A DNA stretch of 64,000 bases from an uncultured Gemmatimonadaceae bacterium (GCA_963781585.1 CAWAGQ010000007.1:128001-192000); one strand, 5' to 3'. Counted from the first letter of the stretch, positions 20,706-32,005 are shown. Notes: generated by a model not told the origin, from the sequence alone. Translations and numbers: made by a program.

Positions 20706-23299
20706 GCCGCGACGACGAGCTGGACGCCGAGTTGGAGTCACACCTCCGCATGGCGATCGAGGAGCGAATGGCACGAGGCGAGTCGCGCGACGCCGCGGAG
20801 CGCGCCGCACGCAGAGAGTTCGGGAATGTGACGCACATCAAGGAAGTGACGCGCGAGCTGCGGGGGCTCTGGCTCGAGCGCCTCGTCCAGGACCTGCGGT
20901 ACGGGGCGCGGGCGCTGTGGCGCACCCCGGCGTTCACGATCGTCGCGGTGCTGACGCTGGCGCTCGCGATCGGCGCCAACAGCGCCGTCTTCACGATGGT
21001 GAACAGCGTCCTCTTGAAGCCGCTCCCCTTCCGCGATCCCGACCGCCTCTTTCTCGCGTCGTACGTGCCAATCGATCTGCCGTTCGAGGTCCCTCCGGGC
21101 TTGGCGGACCGCGCGTGGCTCGACTACCGGCAGCGCGCGCGCGCCTTCGAGAAGCTCACCGCGTACACGCGCATGGACAAAGCGCTGAGCGGGAGCGGGG
21201 GTGGCGCCAGCGACGCCGCGACGGTGGCCGGCGCGCGCGTCGACGCCAGCTTCTTCGCAGTGCTGGGAGTCTCACCGATGCTGGGCCGCCCGTTCCTGAG
21301 CGAGGAGGAGCTGGCTGACAGGAACACGGTCGCGATCATCAGCCATCGCCTCTGGCGCGAGCGCTTCGGGGGCGACCCGCGCGCAATCGGCACCCGGATC
21401 GCGCTCGACGGCGTCCCGTACACGGTCGTCGGCGTGATGCCGGCCGGCTTCAACTTTCCGGCGAGGTCGGAGATCTGGACGCCGCTCACGATGACGCTCA
21501 CGAACGGGAACTTCCTGCTCCTGACGGTGCTCGGACGGCTGCGCGACCACGTGCCGGTCGATCAGGCCCGCGCCGAGCTGGGCACGATCATGGCCGCGCG
21601 GCCGCGCGATCCTCAGGACGACCACTGGCGCGCGCTGCCCGCTGTTCTGCCGCTCAAGGACGTGATCACCGGCAAAGTCGCCAGGCCGCTGCTGATCTTC
21701 TCAGGTGCCGTCGCCTTCGTGCTGCTGATCGCGTGCGTCAACGTTGCGAATCTCCTGCTCATCCGCGCGGCCACTCGGCGCCGCGAGATCGCGGTGCGGG
21801 TGGCGCTGGGCGCGAGCCGCGCGCGCATCGGACGGCAACTGCTCACCGAGAGCCTGCTCGTCGGTGTCGCGGGCGGGGCGGTCGGCATCGCGACGGCACA
21901 GGTCGGCGTGCGCGCGCTACTCGCTATCGCGCCGGCGGGTCGCATTCCCCGGTTGGATGAGGTGCACGTCGACATGCGGGTCCTGGTCTTCACGATCGTG
22001 CTCTCGCTGGCGACCGGCGTCGTCTTTGGACTCGTTCCGGCGCTTCAGAGCGCGAGGCGTCCACCCGCGGACGCGCTGGCGCACAGCGGGCGCATGGTGG
22101 GTGCGACGCAGGGTCGGTTGCGCGGCGCACTCGTGGCCGCGGAGGTGGCGCTCGCGCTCGTGCTGCTTACCGGCGCGGGGCTCATGATCAAGAGCTTCAC
22201 GCGGATGCGCGGCGTGGAAAAGGGATATGACGCCAATCGCGTGACGGGCATGGCTGTCGATCTGACGAACGTGCGCTACCGCGACAGCGCGCGACGGCGG
22301 GCGTTCCATTCCGCGATGCTCAAGAAGCTCGCGCGCATTCCGGGCGTGCGCCGCGCGGCGAGCGTGTCGTACGCGCCGATGGGCGAGGCGCTGGACGGGA
22401 CCATCGGAAACTTCGTCGTGGACGGACCGACTCCCCTTCCCAGGGGCTACAACGTGGACAGGGTGCTCGTCAGCCCGGGGTACTTCGCCACGATGGGCAT
22501 ACGCGTGCTCCAGGGACGCGACTTCACGGGTAGCGACGGCGGGAGAGCGCCCGCGGTGGTGATCGTGAGCGAGACGGTCGCGCGCAGGGTCTGGCCCGAT
22601 GCGGACGCGGTCGGAAAGCGCATTTCGATGTCCGACGGGCCGGGGCCGAACGACTGGCTCACAGTGGTCGGTGTCGTGAACGACGTCGTGCAGGACCGAT
22701 CGCTCGGCAAACACTCGGCCGTCTATCTGCCGTATCTCCAGAGCACCTTCCCCTGGCTGGTCGGGCACATGACGTACGTGGTGCGGTCGGACGCCGGAGT
22801 CAGCGTTGCGCCAGCCATGCGCGCGGCGCTGCGCGACGTAGATGCCGCCATACCGGCGCAGCAGCTGCAAACGATCGATGACGCGATGCTCGAGGTGGTG
22901 GCCGAACCGTTCTTTCAGACGCGGCTCCTGACGGCGTTCTCAGTGCTGGCCCTTCTCCTCGCGGTGATCGGCACGTACGGCGTGCTGGCCTACGACGTGG
23001 CCGAGCGTACGCGGGAGATCGCGTTGCGTCTCGCGCTCGGCGCGACACCGCGCGCGGTGACGTTGATGGTGCTGCGCCGGACGGCGCGCTTCGCGTTATC
23101 GGGCGCCGTCATAGGCATTGCCGCGTCGCTCGCGCTGACACGCGTGTTGACGAACTCACTCTTCGAGGTCACGCCGAACGACCCCGCTACATTGGCGACG
23201 GTCGTCGTTGCGATCCTGCTCGTCGCGCTCGCCGCGGGGTACCTGCCCGCTCGTCGCGCCTCACAGGTGGAGGTGCTCACAGCGCTGCCGCAGGAGTGA
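20702..23299 (+). CDS. Duplicated-permease ABC (MacB/FtsX, ADOP-type) protein
   Basis: LDAELESHL N-terminal prefix, LLIACVNVANLLL, REIALRLALGA; ATGA overlap with padR. Confidence 0.92.
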   Translation: MSRDDELDAELESHLRMAIEERMARGESRDAAERAARREFGNVTHIKEVTRELRGLWLERLVQDLRYGARALWRTPAFTIVAVLTLALAIGANSAVFTMVNSVLLKPLPFRDPDRLFLASYVPIDLPFEVPPGLADRAWLDYRQRARAFEKLTAYTRMDKALSGSGGGASDAATVAGARVDASFFAVLGVSPMLGRPFLSEEELADRNTVAIISHRLWRERFGGDPRAIGTRIALDGVPYTVVGVMPAGFNFPARSEIWTPLTMTLTNGNFLLLTVLGRLRDHVPVDQARAELGTIMAARPRDPQDDHWRALPAVLPLKDVITGKVARPLLIFSGAVAFVLLIACVNVANLLLIRAATRRREIAVRVALGASRARIGRQLLTESLLVGVAGGAVGIATAQVGVRALLAIAPAGRIPRLDEVHVDMRVLVFTIVLSLATGVVFGLVPALQSARRPPADALAHSGRMVGATQGRLRGALVAAEVALALVLLTGAGLMIKSFTRMRGVEKGYDANRVTGMAVDLTNVRYRDSARRRAFHSAMLKKLARIPGVRRAASVSYAPMGEALDGTIGNFVVDGPTPLPRGYNVDRVLVSPGYFATMGIRVLQGRDFTGSDGGRAPAVVIVSETVARRVWPDADAVGKRISMSDGPGPNDWLTVVGVVNDVVQDRSLGKHSAVYLPYLQSTFPWLVGHMTYVVRSDAGVSVAPAMRAALRDVDAAIPAQQLQTIDDAMLEVVAEPFFQTRLLTAFSVLALLLAVIGTYGVLAYDVAERTREIALRLALGATPRAVTLMVLRRTARFALSGAVIGIAASLALTRVLTNSLFEVTPNDPATLATVVVAILLVALAAGYLPARRASQVEVLTALPQE

Positions 23300-23316
23300 G
23301 CCGGATCCGGCAAGAA

Positions 23317-24018
23317 TCACGCACCGCCTTGCCCAGGTTCGAGGCCATTGGAGAGCAGCCTGATCGCCTGCTCGGCAATCGCCTCCATCTGTCGGTCGCG
23401 CTCGCGCGCCCAGCGCGGCAGGCGAACCAGGTTGGCTCCGAACGCGGCCAGGGCCATGCCGCCGAACATGCCGAGGACCACCAGCGCCTTCCCCGGCTTG
23501 CCAGCCGCGGCAACTGCTGCACCCATGAGAATCGACATCCCTCCCATCACGAGCCCCAGCGCGTTGAGGGGCATGGCGTCGCCCTTGAGCGTGCTGAGAC
23601 GGAGCTGTTCGCCATGCTCGGTCGGCTCGACACTGATGTGCAGGTTGCCCTGGGACCATTCGCGGAGCCCGCCGGAACTCGTCGCGTAGCCCTGCGCCCC
23701 GAACGTCGTCCTGAATTCAGCAATCAGTTGTTCCCACTCCCGATCCGTTGGGGCTCGCGGAAGATCGACGACCCGCGACAGTCCGATCGGCAGTCCGAAG
23801 GATCGCCGGACGGGCGCCGGCCTCCCGCGGGCGTCGAGACTCGCCGCGGCTTGCGCGACTCGCGCTGGGTCGATGCCCGCCTCCTGACCGATGTGCTGGA
23901 GCTCATCAAGGGTCAGGCCGCCGGATTCGGCGGGCACAGACTGGTCGGGCGTGTCGCCTGTCGTCGCGAGACTGAAGATCTCGCGTACCTCATCGTCCCC
24001 GTATCGACGTATTGTCAT
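23317..24018 (-). CDS. Hypothetical membrane protein
   Basis: 233-aa ORF with two C-terminal TM segments. Confidence 0.75.
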   Translation of the reverse strand: MTIRRYGDDEVREIFSLATTGDTPDQSVPAESGGLTLDELQHIGQEAGIDPARVAQAAASLDARGRPAPVRRSFGLPIGLSRVVDLPRAPTDREWEQLIAEFRTTFGAQGYATSSGGLREWSQGNLHISVEPTEHGEQLRLSTLKGDAMPLNALGLVMGGMSILMGAAVAAAGKPGKALVVLGMFGGMALAAFGANLVRLPRWARERDRQMEAIAEQAIRLLSNGLEPGQGGA

Positions 24019-24142
24019 AGTTGTCGATTGTACGGTGCCCGCTTCTCTCGCGCTACCGTTCGCCGACGCGTTTCACGCTGCAGCCGCCGCGTCCGCGGGT
24101 CTGCCGAAAACCAGAGAGCGGTCGGGGACCGGCCGGGATTCC

Positions 24143-24183
24143 TGGAGCCATGCCGCGCCGTCGGCAGCGGCTCCTCGTTAGGC
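24143..24183 (-). other. Truncated attC (R'' side)
   Basis: ggagccatgccg...cggcagcggctcc tc GTTAGGC. Confidence 0.4.
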
Positions 24184-24366
24184 GGCGCGGGCGCGTGGAT
24201 CGCGACGCCCGATCGGCGCGCCCCCACAGGCTCGTCAGACGGGCGATGAGCGCTCTTGAATCCCGCCGCCCGGACGGATACTTTGCAGCATAAAGGGCTT
24301 GGCGCGCGACCGGAGGCAGAGACCGAGGCGGCACGCGGCACGCGGCGCTCGAGTCGGGAGACGATC

Positions 24367-24831
24367 ATGCGGACGTGGCTGCGACGCATTCGCGGTGCTA
24401 TCGGGATGGGCGTCACCTGGGCAGCCGCCTTGTTCGCGGTGGGCGGCGTGCCGCGTTGGGTGTTTGGCGTCAATACCGACGTCCCGATCCCGCTCGTCTT
24501 CGGTGTATTCGGCTTCATTGCCGGGGTCACCTTCTCCGGGCTCCTTGTGCTGGCCGAGAGCCGTCGTCCGTTTGATCAGATATCGCTTCCGCGCGTTGCG
24601 GGGTGGGGTGCCCTGGGCGGCCTTCTGCTCTCGGCCCTCTGGGCAACTGCCGCGTCCCTCGGCTGGGGAGACGTGCTTGTGATCGCCCCCACGTTCGCCC
24701 TTGCGTCCGCGGCCTGCGCCTCCGGTTCGCTCGCCCTGGCCAGGCGAGCTGCAAGGCGAGAATTGCCCGACATCCGCGGGGATACCGCCGAGGCCGAACT
24801 CACCGACCATGCGAAGCAGAAACTGCTTTGA
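24367..24831 (+). CDS. Hypothetical 4-TM membrane protein
   Basis: MRTWLRRIRGAIGMGVTWA..., hydrophobic helices, GGAG RBS. Confidence 0.75.
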   Translation: MRTWLRRIRGAIGMGVTWAAALFAVGGVPRWVFGVNTDVPIPLVFGVFGFIAGVTFSGLLVLAESRRPFDQISLPRVAGWGALGGLLLSALWATAASLGWGDVLVIAPTFALASAACASGSLALARRAARRELPDIRGDTAEAELTDHAKQKLL

Positions 24832-25124
24832 GGCGGCACCTCACGTCGGCGCGTGGCTCCAGTCCGCGACACTGAGGATGTTGCGCATCCAGACGTGAGC
24901 GGTGCCGCCGTCGCCGAACTCTCGCTCGATGGCGGGGTCATCCTGCAGCTGCGACTGAAGGCTTGCCCGCAGGTCCACGCCACCTTCATGGAGGAGGGGT
25001 CACCCGAACCTGCCGCGGGTCCACATGGTGGATTAGCGCGAGACAGGAGCAGCGCCCACGAGGATGCGAACGCGCCCGCGGCGCCGTATGTTCTCGCCCT
25101 GCCTGACGAATCCACGAGGAGACC

Positions 25125-27815
25125 ATGTCCGACCCCGCCACCCGCCTGAATGCCGCCCTCGCGGGCCGCTACGAAATCGTCCGCGAGCTCGGTCAGGGCG
25201 GCATGGCCACGGTCTACCTGGCCAGGGACCTGAAGCACAATCGCAACGTCGCGGTGAAGGTGCTCAAGCCCGAACTCGCCGCCGTCGTCGGCGCCGAGCG
25301 TTTCCTCGCGGAAATCGAGACCACGGCGAATCTCCAGCACCCGCACATCCTGCCGCTCTTCGACTCGGGAGCAGCGGACGCCTTCCTATTCTATGTGATG
25401 CCGTATGTCGAGGGCGAGACCCTCGCCGACCGCATCGCGCGCGAGAAGCAGTTGCCCGTCGATGAGGCGCTGGCGATAGCGACATCGGTTGCCAGTGCAC
25501 TGCAGCACGCCCACGACCGTGGCGTGATCCACCGCGACATCAAGCCCGGCAACATCCTGCTCGCCGATGGCCAGCCGATTGTCGCCGACTTCGGCATCGC
25601 CCTCGCCGTCGGCGCGGGGAGCGGTGCGCGGCTGACCGAGACGGGGCTCAGCATGGGCACGCCGTACTACATGAGTCCCGAGCAGGCGATGGGTGACCAG
25701 ACCGTGGGTCCGGCGAGCGACACCTACGCGCTCGCCTGCGTGCTGTTCGAGATGCTCGTTGGCGAACCGCCGTATCCGGGCAAGAGCGCGCAGGCGGTGC
25801 TTGGGAAGATCATCCAGGGCATTCCGGTGTCGGCGACGGCGGCCCGGAAGTCCATCCCGCTCAACGTCGATGGAGCGATCCGGAAGGCGCTCGAGAAGCT
25901 TCCCGCGGACCGTTTCACCGGCGCGCAGAGCTTCGCGAAGGCGCTCGCGGACCCGACGTTTCGCCACGGCGACGCTACGGATGAGGTATCGCACGCGGGC
26001 AGTGTCCGGCTTCGACGAATTGCCATTGCCGGCTGGAGTGCGGCGGCGATCGCCGTCGCGGCGCTGGCATTCGCCTGGATCTCACGTCGGGGGCCCGAGC
26101 CCGTCCGCCGCGTCGAGCGCTTTGCCGTCCCGTTTCTGGCTGGACAGGAGCCGACGCGCACGGGCGTGGCGGGTTTCGCACTGTCTCCCGACGGCAGCAT
26201 GCTCGTGTACCGGCACACGGTGAACGGCCAGCAGATTCTGATGGTTCGTCGCTGGGACGACATCACTGCCACTCCAGTGCGAGAGACCGTGGGTGGGGCT
26301 TTTCCCAGAGTCTCCCCGGACGGGCTCCAGCTCGCGTTGTCCGCCAACGGGGAGGCCAAGGTGCTGGCGTTCTCCGGTGGTCCCGTGCGAACGCTGACCA
26401 GCGGGATAGTTTCGGCCTGGGGTCCGGACGGGTACGTGTACGTCTCGAATGATTCGGGCGCGGTGCGCATTCCTTCGGTGGGCGGAGCCGTGGAGTACGT
26501 GTCGCGCCTCGCGGAAAGCGAAACGCGACACATCGTGTACGATGTCCTCCCCGGGGGAAGGCGAGCACTTCTTGAAGTCGCCCTGGGTGGCGGGTACGAG
26601 ATCCGCGGACTGGATCTCCGCACTGGCCGGATGACGCCGGTCGCGAAGGGGCGCTTCCCGAGATACCTGCCCTCCGGGCACCTCGTGTTCGACACCGGCG
26701 AGGGCACGATGATGGCCGCCCGTTTCGATCCGGTGAAGATGAAGCTGCTCGGCACACCAATAGCCGTGATGGACGGCCTCTCGTTCTGGTCCGTGGCCGA
26801 CGACGGCAAGCTCTTTTACGCCACCGGGTCTGTCGGAGGCAACGCGGGTCCGACGCTGGAGCTCGCCTGGGTGACTCGCGCCGGCCAGGTTACCCCTGTA
26901 GACCCGGGTTGGACGTTCCAGCGAGGATCGAATACCGACCAGGGAATGAGCATCTCCCCCGACGGCTCCAGGGTCGCGGTTCGCGAGTACACCTCCGCCG
27001 GCTACGGCATCTACATCAAGAACCTCGACACGGTGGGACCTCCATCGCGCCTAACGTTCGGGGACAGTACGGCCAAGATGCCCGTGTGGAGTCCCAGCGG
27101 GCGGGAGGTCACCTTTCTCTCGAACAGGGGTGGCAACTTCGACGTCTGGTCCAGGCCAGCCGACGGAACGGGACAGGCAAAGCTGGTCCTCGATCTCAAG
27201 GACGACCTGGCGACGGTTGGCTGGAGCCCGGATGGCAAGTGGCTGCTTCTGCGAACATCCCAGAACCCTGGTTCGAATGACCAGGGTGACATCCTGGCGT
27301 TTCGCCCCGGGGTGGACAGCGTGCCGACGAAGCTCTTTGCCGACAGCGAATACCGGGAGGTCGACCCGGCCGTCTCATCCGACGGTCGCTGGATAGCCTA
27401 CGCGTCCGACGCGACAGGTCGGTACGAGGTGTACGTCACGCCCTTTCCCAACGTGAGTGCTGGTCAGTGGCAGGTGTCGGTCGATGGCGGTCGCGTGCCA
27501 CGTTGGTCTCACAGTGGCCGCGAGCTTTTCTTCCAGAGGAATGGGCAGGGGGGAGCGATGATGGCGGTCGAGGTCAAGCCGGGTACGGCCTTTGCCTGGG
27601 GAGCGCCGAGGGTGCTATTCGACGGCCCCGAGGGCTGGGTGGGGAGCCCCCGGACCAACAATCCGTACGACGTCGCCCGCGACGACCAGCGCTTCCTCAT
27701 CGCGCGGAACGCGCAGGCGTCGGCAGGTGGGTCCGCGGACAGCACCGCCGCGCCGCCCCGCGTCATGCTCGTGAACAACTTCCTCGAGGAGCTCAAGGCG
27801 CGCGTGCCGAAGTGA
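25125..27815 (+). CDS. Ser/Thr protein kinase + TM + TolB/PD40 beta-propeller
   Basis: LGQGGMATVY, VAVK, HRDIKPGN, DFG, SPE; SPDG repeats. Confidence 0.95.
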   Translation: MSDPATRLNAALAGRYEIVRELGQGGMATVYLARDLKHNRNVAVKVLKPELAAVVGAERFLAEIETTANLQHPHILPLFDSGAADAFLFYVMPYVEGETLADRIAREKQLPVDEALAIATSVASALQHAHDRGVIHRDIKPGNILLADGQPIVADFGIALAVGAGSGARLTETGLSMGTPYYMSPEQAMGDQTVGPASDTYALACVLFEMLVGEPPYPGKSAQAVLGKIIQGIPVSATAARKSIPLNVDGAIRKALEKLPADRFTGAQSFAKALADPTFRHGDATDEVSHAGSVRLRRIAIAGWSAAAIAVAALAFAWISRRGPEPVRRVERFAVPFLAGQEPTRTGVAGFALSPDGSMLVYRHTVNGQQILMVRRWDDITATPVRETVGGAFPRVSPDGLQLALSANGEAKVLAFSGGPVRTLTSGIVSAWGPDGYVYVSNDSGAVRIPSVGGAVEYVSRLAESETRHIVYDVLPGGRRALLEVALGGGYEIRGLDLRTGRMTPVAKGRFPRYLPSGHLVFDTGEGTMMAARFDPVKMKLLGTPIAVMDGLSFWSVADDGKLFYATGSVGGNAGPTLELAWVTRAGQVTPVDPGWTFQRGSNTDQGMSISPDGSRVAVREYTSAGYGIYIKNLDTVGPPSRLTFGDSTAKMPVWSPSGREVTFLSNRGGNFDVWSRPADGTGQAKLVLDLKDDLATVGWSPDGKWLLLRTSQNPGSNDQGDILAFRPGVDSVPTKLFADSEYREVDPAVSSDGRWIAYASDATGRYEVYVTPFPNVSAGQWQVSVDGGRVPRWSHSGRELFFQRNGQGGAMMAVEVKPGTAFAWGAPRVLFDGPEGWVGSPRTNNPYDVARDDQRFLIARNAQASAGGSADSTAAPPRVMLVNNFLEELKARVPK

Positions 27816-28039
27816 GGCGACGGAGCGCCGTCGATTCCAGAGTCATCTGGCCGGCGGCGCGATCCGACGCGTTGTCAGGCCATTCGCGACACGCAACCGT
27901 CCGTCGCATCGGTTGAGGAGCGAATCCAAGTCGGAGTCGGATTGGCGGAGGCATCCCAGCGTTGCGGGATCGCAGCCGCCGGCAGCCCTGGCCCTCCCAT
28001 CCGCGGCAAGCAACGTCAGGCGCCGGGATTCCGGGAAGG

Positions 28040-28400
28040 CGGCTACGGCTTCCTGGGAGGCACCTCGTTGCCGATGTCACGCGGCAGCCGCCACGCCCCA
28101 TCGGCGTCCTTCCGCCAAAACACCATGTACCGCCCGGTACCGTCCGGGGAGTCTTGTCGGCCTTGCTCGTCCCCTGAAAGCTGTAGTGGCCGATCTCAAT
28201 GGCGTAGTTGCCGGCAGGGGTCACTTCCTCGGTGATGTCTTCCCGGGCCGTGACGGCGATTGTGTCGAATTGTCCCTGGTACCACTTCGCGATCCCATCG
28301 CGGCCGCGCGTCCAGTCGCCACTCGGCTCTATGGTGGCAGCGTCCTCCGTGTACAACGCAGCGATCCCGGACGCGTTGCCCGCGAGGTACGCGCCAGGCG
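28040..28400 (-). pseudogene. SnoaL/DUF4440 (NTF2-like) fragment
   Basis: AYLAGNASGIAALYTEDA...GRDGIAKWY...YAIEIGHY; fused to the mazF fragment and frameshifted. Confidence 0.6.
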
Positions 28401-28735
28401 CTCGAGTTTTCGGCCGAGGCGCTCGCGATCGACGGTGCGTACCTGATCGAGGGCGATGAAAGCGTCGCGTTGTTGAAACCGACAGGGAACGCGCCAAGGA
28501 TATGCATGACCGCCCGTGGTCATCGGTGCGACGATGACGGTGCGCAGATGGCGATTCAATTCGTCGGGCGAGATCACGGCGCACAGTCGGGGCTTACGGA
28601 TCTCACTGCCGCGAGCGGGATCGAGCTGGCGGCGCGCGGGCGGCTTCAATGACGATCCGACCCGGGGTCGCGCGCAGTACGACATCCTCGCCCAAGCCGG
28701 CCTGTTCGAGCAGTGGGCGGGGCAGCCGGACGCTG
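28400..28735 (-). pseudogene. Decayed MazEF/PemIK module (AbrB-like antitoxin fragment plus PemK/MazF toxin fragment)
   Basis: VRLPRPLLEQAGLGEDVVLRATPGRIVIEAA, then LDPARGSEIRKPRLCAVISPDELNRHLRTVIVAPMT...LDQVRTVDRERL; both lack termini. Confidence 0.75.
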
Positions 28736-29035
28736 TCAGGCAACTCGTCGCCCTTTCTTCAGCTGCACGGTGACGCCGACGCCGAGCCGCGCGAGGAACT
28801 CCACCAGCGTGTCGATCGTGAAGAGCGTCACCCGGCCCCGCACCAGGTCACTCACTCGCGGCTGCGTGATGCCGAGCAGTTTGGCCGCCTGTACCTGCGT
28901 GAGTCCCCGTGCCTTGAGCAGACGCTCGACTTCGATCATGAGGTCCGCGCGAATGAGCAGATGGGCGGCTTCCTCCGGCGGGAAACCCACATCCCGGAAG
29001 ACGTTCCCAGACGACTTGCGAATAGACGCGGCCAT
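28736..29035 (-). CDS. XRE/HTH antitoxin
   Basis: SSGNVFRDVGF...LTQVQAAKLLGITQPRVSDL. Confidence 0.88.
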   Translation of the reverse strand: MAASIRKSSGNVFRDVGFPPEEAAHLLIRADLMIEVERLLKARGLTQVQAAKLLGITQPRVSDLVRGRVTLFTIDTLVEFLARLGVGVTVQLKKGRRVA

Positions 29036-29057
29036 GTCAGTTCCTCCGGTGTTCGTT

Positions 29058-29399
29058 CTACCTGTTTCCCGACCGGGCGCGCACGACCGTGGCGTAGCGT
29101 GTCCGGCCGAGGTCGAGATCAAATGCCGCGGTCTTCTGCGACTTCTTTTGGAAGGCGTGCAAGACGTACACGGCCTCCGGAAACTTCGCCACGTAGAGTA
29201 CCCGATACGCTCCACCACGCCGGACGCGAATTTCGTTCACGCCCGCACCCAGTTGGGTCATGGGTTTCCAGTCACGTGGCAGACCGCCAGTCTGAACGCG
29301 CCGGAGATCGAACCCGAGTTCATGGCGCACGTCACGCGGCATCGCCCGCAGATCGCGCCGCGATGAACCGACCCAGGAGAGTGGCTTGGCATCCACCAT
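29058..29399 (-). CDS. RelE/ParE-superfamily (Gp49-like/HigB) toxin
   Basis: KPLSWVGSSRRDL...DWKPM...GVNEIRV...YRVLY...VLHAFQKKSQKT. Confidence 0.9.
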   Translation of the reverse strand: MVDAKPLSWVGSSRRDLRAMPRDVRHELGFDLRRVQTGGLPRDWKPMTQLGAGVNEIRVRRGGAYRVLYVAKFPEAVYVLHAFQKKSQKTAAFDLDLGRTRYATVVRARSGNR

Positions 29400-29488
29400 G
29401 GACTATACAAGATATCGTATACCTGTGCAAGCGGCTCTCTGCCGCACCCTTGGTCCGACAGTGCGTACGCAACGCTTCGTCCGGACCT

Positions 29489-29555
29489 GCCTAACGCCTT
29501 GCGCTCAGTGGGCGCCCCGCCCGCACTGGCGGGGTCAGCCAGCAGCGTGTTCTCG
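29489..29555 (-). other. Degenerate attC
   Basis: GCCTAAC...gcgctcagtgg..gccccgcc / ggcgggg..cagccagcagcgt GTT. Confidence 0.55.
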
Positions 29556-29575
29556 CCTTCCCTGCCCCTGTGGTG

Positions 29576-30733
29576 TTACCGCCGCTCGAGACGCAATACC
29601 GCAACTCCTTCGACATCGTCAGGATCACTCGTGACGCCTACGACAAAATCCCGGCCTGCGTGCGTGGCACGAAAGCGCGGCGGCATGAGGACGCGACCGA
29701 TTGGCCGACCCTGCGTATCGAGAACCAGGTAGCGCGCCGCCGCGGACGGCGTCGCTGCGTATTCCTGCACCCACAGTTCGCCGTCAGGGCCCGCGAGCAG
29801 GCCGGCGAAGTATGGGAGTCGAGACGGCAGGTTTTCGGCGCTGTACTTGAAGTTCACGTAGTCGCCGGTGCGGGGTTGAAGCGCGGGCGGCAGCTCAGCC
29901 TCCCTGGCCGCCGCGACGAGCTGAGGCGAAGGCGCCACGGAGGGAAGTGCAAGCGCGATCTCTCGCCGGTTGGCGCGGGCGTCGAGCCGAACCAGCGAAT
30001 CCGATCCCGATTCGCCGAACCAGAGCACGCCGCCGGAGACCTGTCCACGGTACCACGGCGAGAACGCGGCGGGCCCGGTGGCCCACTTCGACTTGTCCGC
30101 GCCCGGCATGTAGGTGATGCTTGCCATGCTTTCCACCTCGGCGACCCGCTCGATCGATCCGGCGCCGTCGGGTGCGACGAGAGCCACCGTTCCCTTCACA
30201 CGATGCACGCCCCTGGGGGCGTCCCACCCTCCGGGTAAGCCCATGCCCATCGTCGCCACCCACCGGCCGTCGGATAGACGCCCGGTGACCTCGAATCCGG
30301 AACCGGAGCCCGCGGCCATCATCGTCACCATGGTCAGGACGCGAGCCTTCGCTCCGAATTGCACTGTCGTGGCGCGACGTGTCGCAAAATCGTAGATGAT
30401 TGCCGTGTCGGCCGAAACGCCGACCACCGACATGATCTCGAACTCGCCCGGTCCTTTTCCACGCCGACCGAGCGTTTCAACGAGCGTCCCACTGGTATCA
30501 AAGACCCGCAATTCCGAAGTGCCGCCGTTTGCGATGACGACCCTTCCGTTCGGCAATCGCCACGCACCGGCGACGCGGTTGAATTCCGTCGCTGGCGTGC
30601 CATTGTCTTCGAGGGTGAGAATCGGTGTGGTCGCGAGGCGCCAATCCGGGACCTGTGGCTGCGCACTCAGGGCGCTGGCACTGGCGGCCACGAGCAACGG
30701 GAGTGCTATCAGGACTGATCGGCTGCTAATCAT
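29576..30733 (-). CDS. Secreted 6-bladed beta-propeller-like protein
   Basis: Signal peptide; GRRGKGPGEF motif; DGELWV. Confidence 0.8.
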   Translation of the reverse strand: MISSRSVLIALPLLVAASASALSAQPQVPDWRLATTPILTLEDNGTPATEFNRVAGAWRLPNGRVVIANGGTSELRVFDTSGTLVETLGRRGKGPGEFEIMSVVGVSADTAIIYDFATRRATTVQFGAKARVLTMVTMMAAGSGSGFEVTGRLSDGRWVATMGMGLPGGWDAPRGVHRVKGTVALVAPDGAGSIERVAEVESMASITYMPGADKSKWATGPAAFSPWYRGQVSGGVLWFGESGSDSLVRLDARANRREIALALPSVAPSPQLVAAAREAELPPALQPRTGDYVNFKYSAENLPSRLPYFAGLLAGPDGELWVQEYAATPSAAARYLVLDTQGRPIGRVLMPPRFRATHAGRDFVVGVTSDPDDVEGVAVLRLERR

Positions 30734-31242
30734 TGACTTGCTCCATGCCGGGCGGGCAGCTGATTCGAGTCACAACCTTCAATCCCGGTGGGCTGTCGTC
30801 CAGAGTCAGGCGCTCCGACGCGTCGACCGCGTCGGTCGACGCGGTTTGACAAGGCGGGCAAGACTGCGGAGCGCCTCATTGACTGCAGCAGAATTTGGGA
30901 ACTGGGCGCCGACACTCGGATTGAGGAGAACCACATTCGTTCCCCTTCGATACCGAGCCACCGTTCGCCCCATCGGCCGCCGGGCCGCACCGAATCTCGA
31001 AAACTGCGCTGGCCCTTCTTAGCCGCTGCGTACGGCTCCGCTCCTCCGAAAACGCAGGTGAGCATCTCGCTCCTCGAAAGCTCTGCCGAGAGCATCCGAC
31101 GTTGTTGCGGCGCTCTCGCTAGCCGCGTTCACTTTCCGGCGACCGCGCATGCACATGCGGTTCGAGTGGCTGTCCCTGCCATCAAGCGCATACTGATGCC
31201 GGTACGCCCATCGAATTGCCGATGTGTCGTGAAAGGATAGCA

Positions 31243-31971
31243 TCACTTCTCGCGACCTCCGAACCAAATCCACGTGATAAGAATGAGCGGTACGCACAGC
31301 ACCAGCCAAGTGAGCAACGCTTGACTGCGATCAACGTAGGCAACGGAGTCATAGATAGTGAAGAGCAAGATGGCTGCGATGCCCCAAAGCATCCAGAGCT
31401 TTCCCGCATGCCAACGTCGAATGCGCGATCGAATGCCGACGCGATACATCTTTGGTTTGCCGGAAGGCTCCCGCGACGCTTGATGAGATTCTGGCATCTT
31501 CGGATGCGGTCGTCCTTCAAGCTCACTCCAACGCCTACGCGCGTACAGGTAATTGGCGATCCACCAGACCGGATTTAGCGATGCAGCAGTGTGGACGATC
31601 CATGCCCAACGTCGGCGACGAATTACATAGTAGCCTGCCGGAGCCCAGATCGCTCCCGCTAGAATCAACGTCAAGACAGTGCTATTGATGCCGTACTCGG
31701 CTCCCGCCAGCCCGGCGACGAAAGCGAGGCTTCCCGCAATGAGACCGCTCGAGCCTTGAAAGTATCCCCACACATATGGGAGCCCCCAGGCTCTGCGAGG
31801 CTTCAGGCGCGCTTCGAGTAGGAGGGCAACGACGATTGAAACCGTCGCGACACCAAGTAGCACCGAGAGCGGCTCCACTCCGGTTGAGAGCGGTCTTTCG
31901 ACGCCCTCGGGGACGCCCGCTTGTATGATGCCCGCAGAAATAGCCATGCTTCGACCAGTACCGGTGCCCAT
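31243..31971 (-). CDS. Hypothetical membrane protein (possibly a chimera of two cassette genes)
   Basis: Multiple TM segments, lower GC than flanks. Confidence 0.5.
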   Translation of the reverse strand: MGTGTGRSMAISAGIIQAGVPEGVERPLSTGVEPLSVLLGVATVSIVVALLLEARLKPRRAWGLPYVWGYFQGSSGLIAGSLAFVAGLAGAEYGINSTVLTLILAGAIWAPAGYYVIRRRRWAWIVHTAASLNPVWWIANYLYARRRWSELEGRPHPKMPESHQASREPSGKPKMYRVGIRSRIRRWHAGKLWMLWGIAAILLFTIYDSVAYVDRSQALLTWLVLCVPLILITWIWFGGREK

Positions 31972-32005
31972 ATATCAGCGTCCGGGTGCGGCCACTTCTC
32001 GTCGT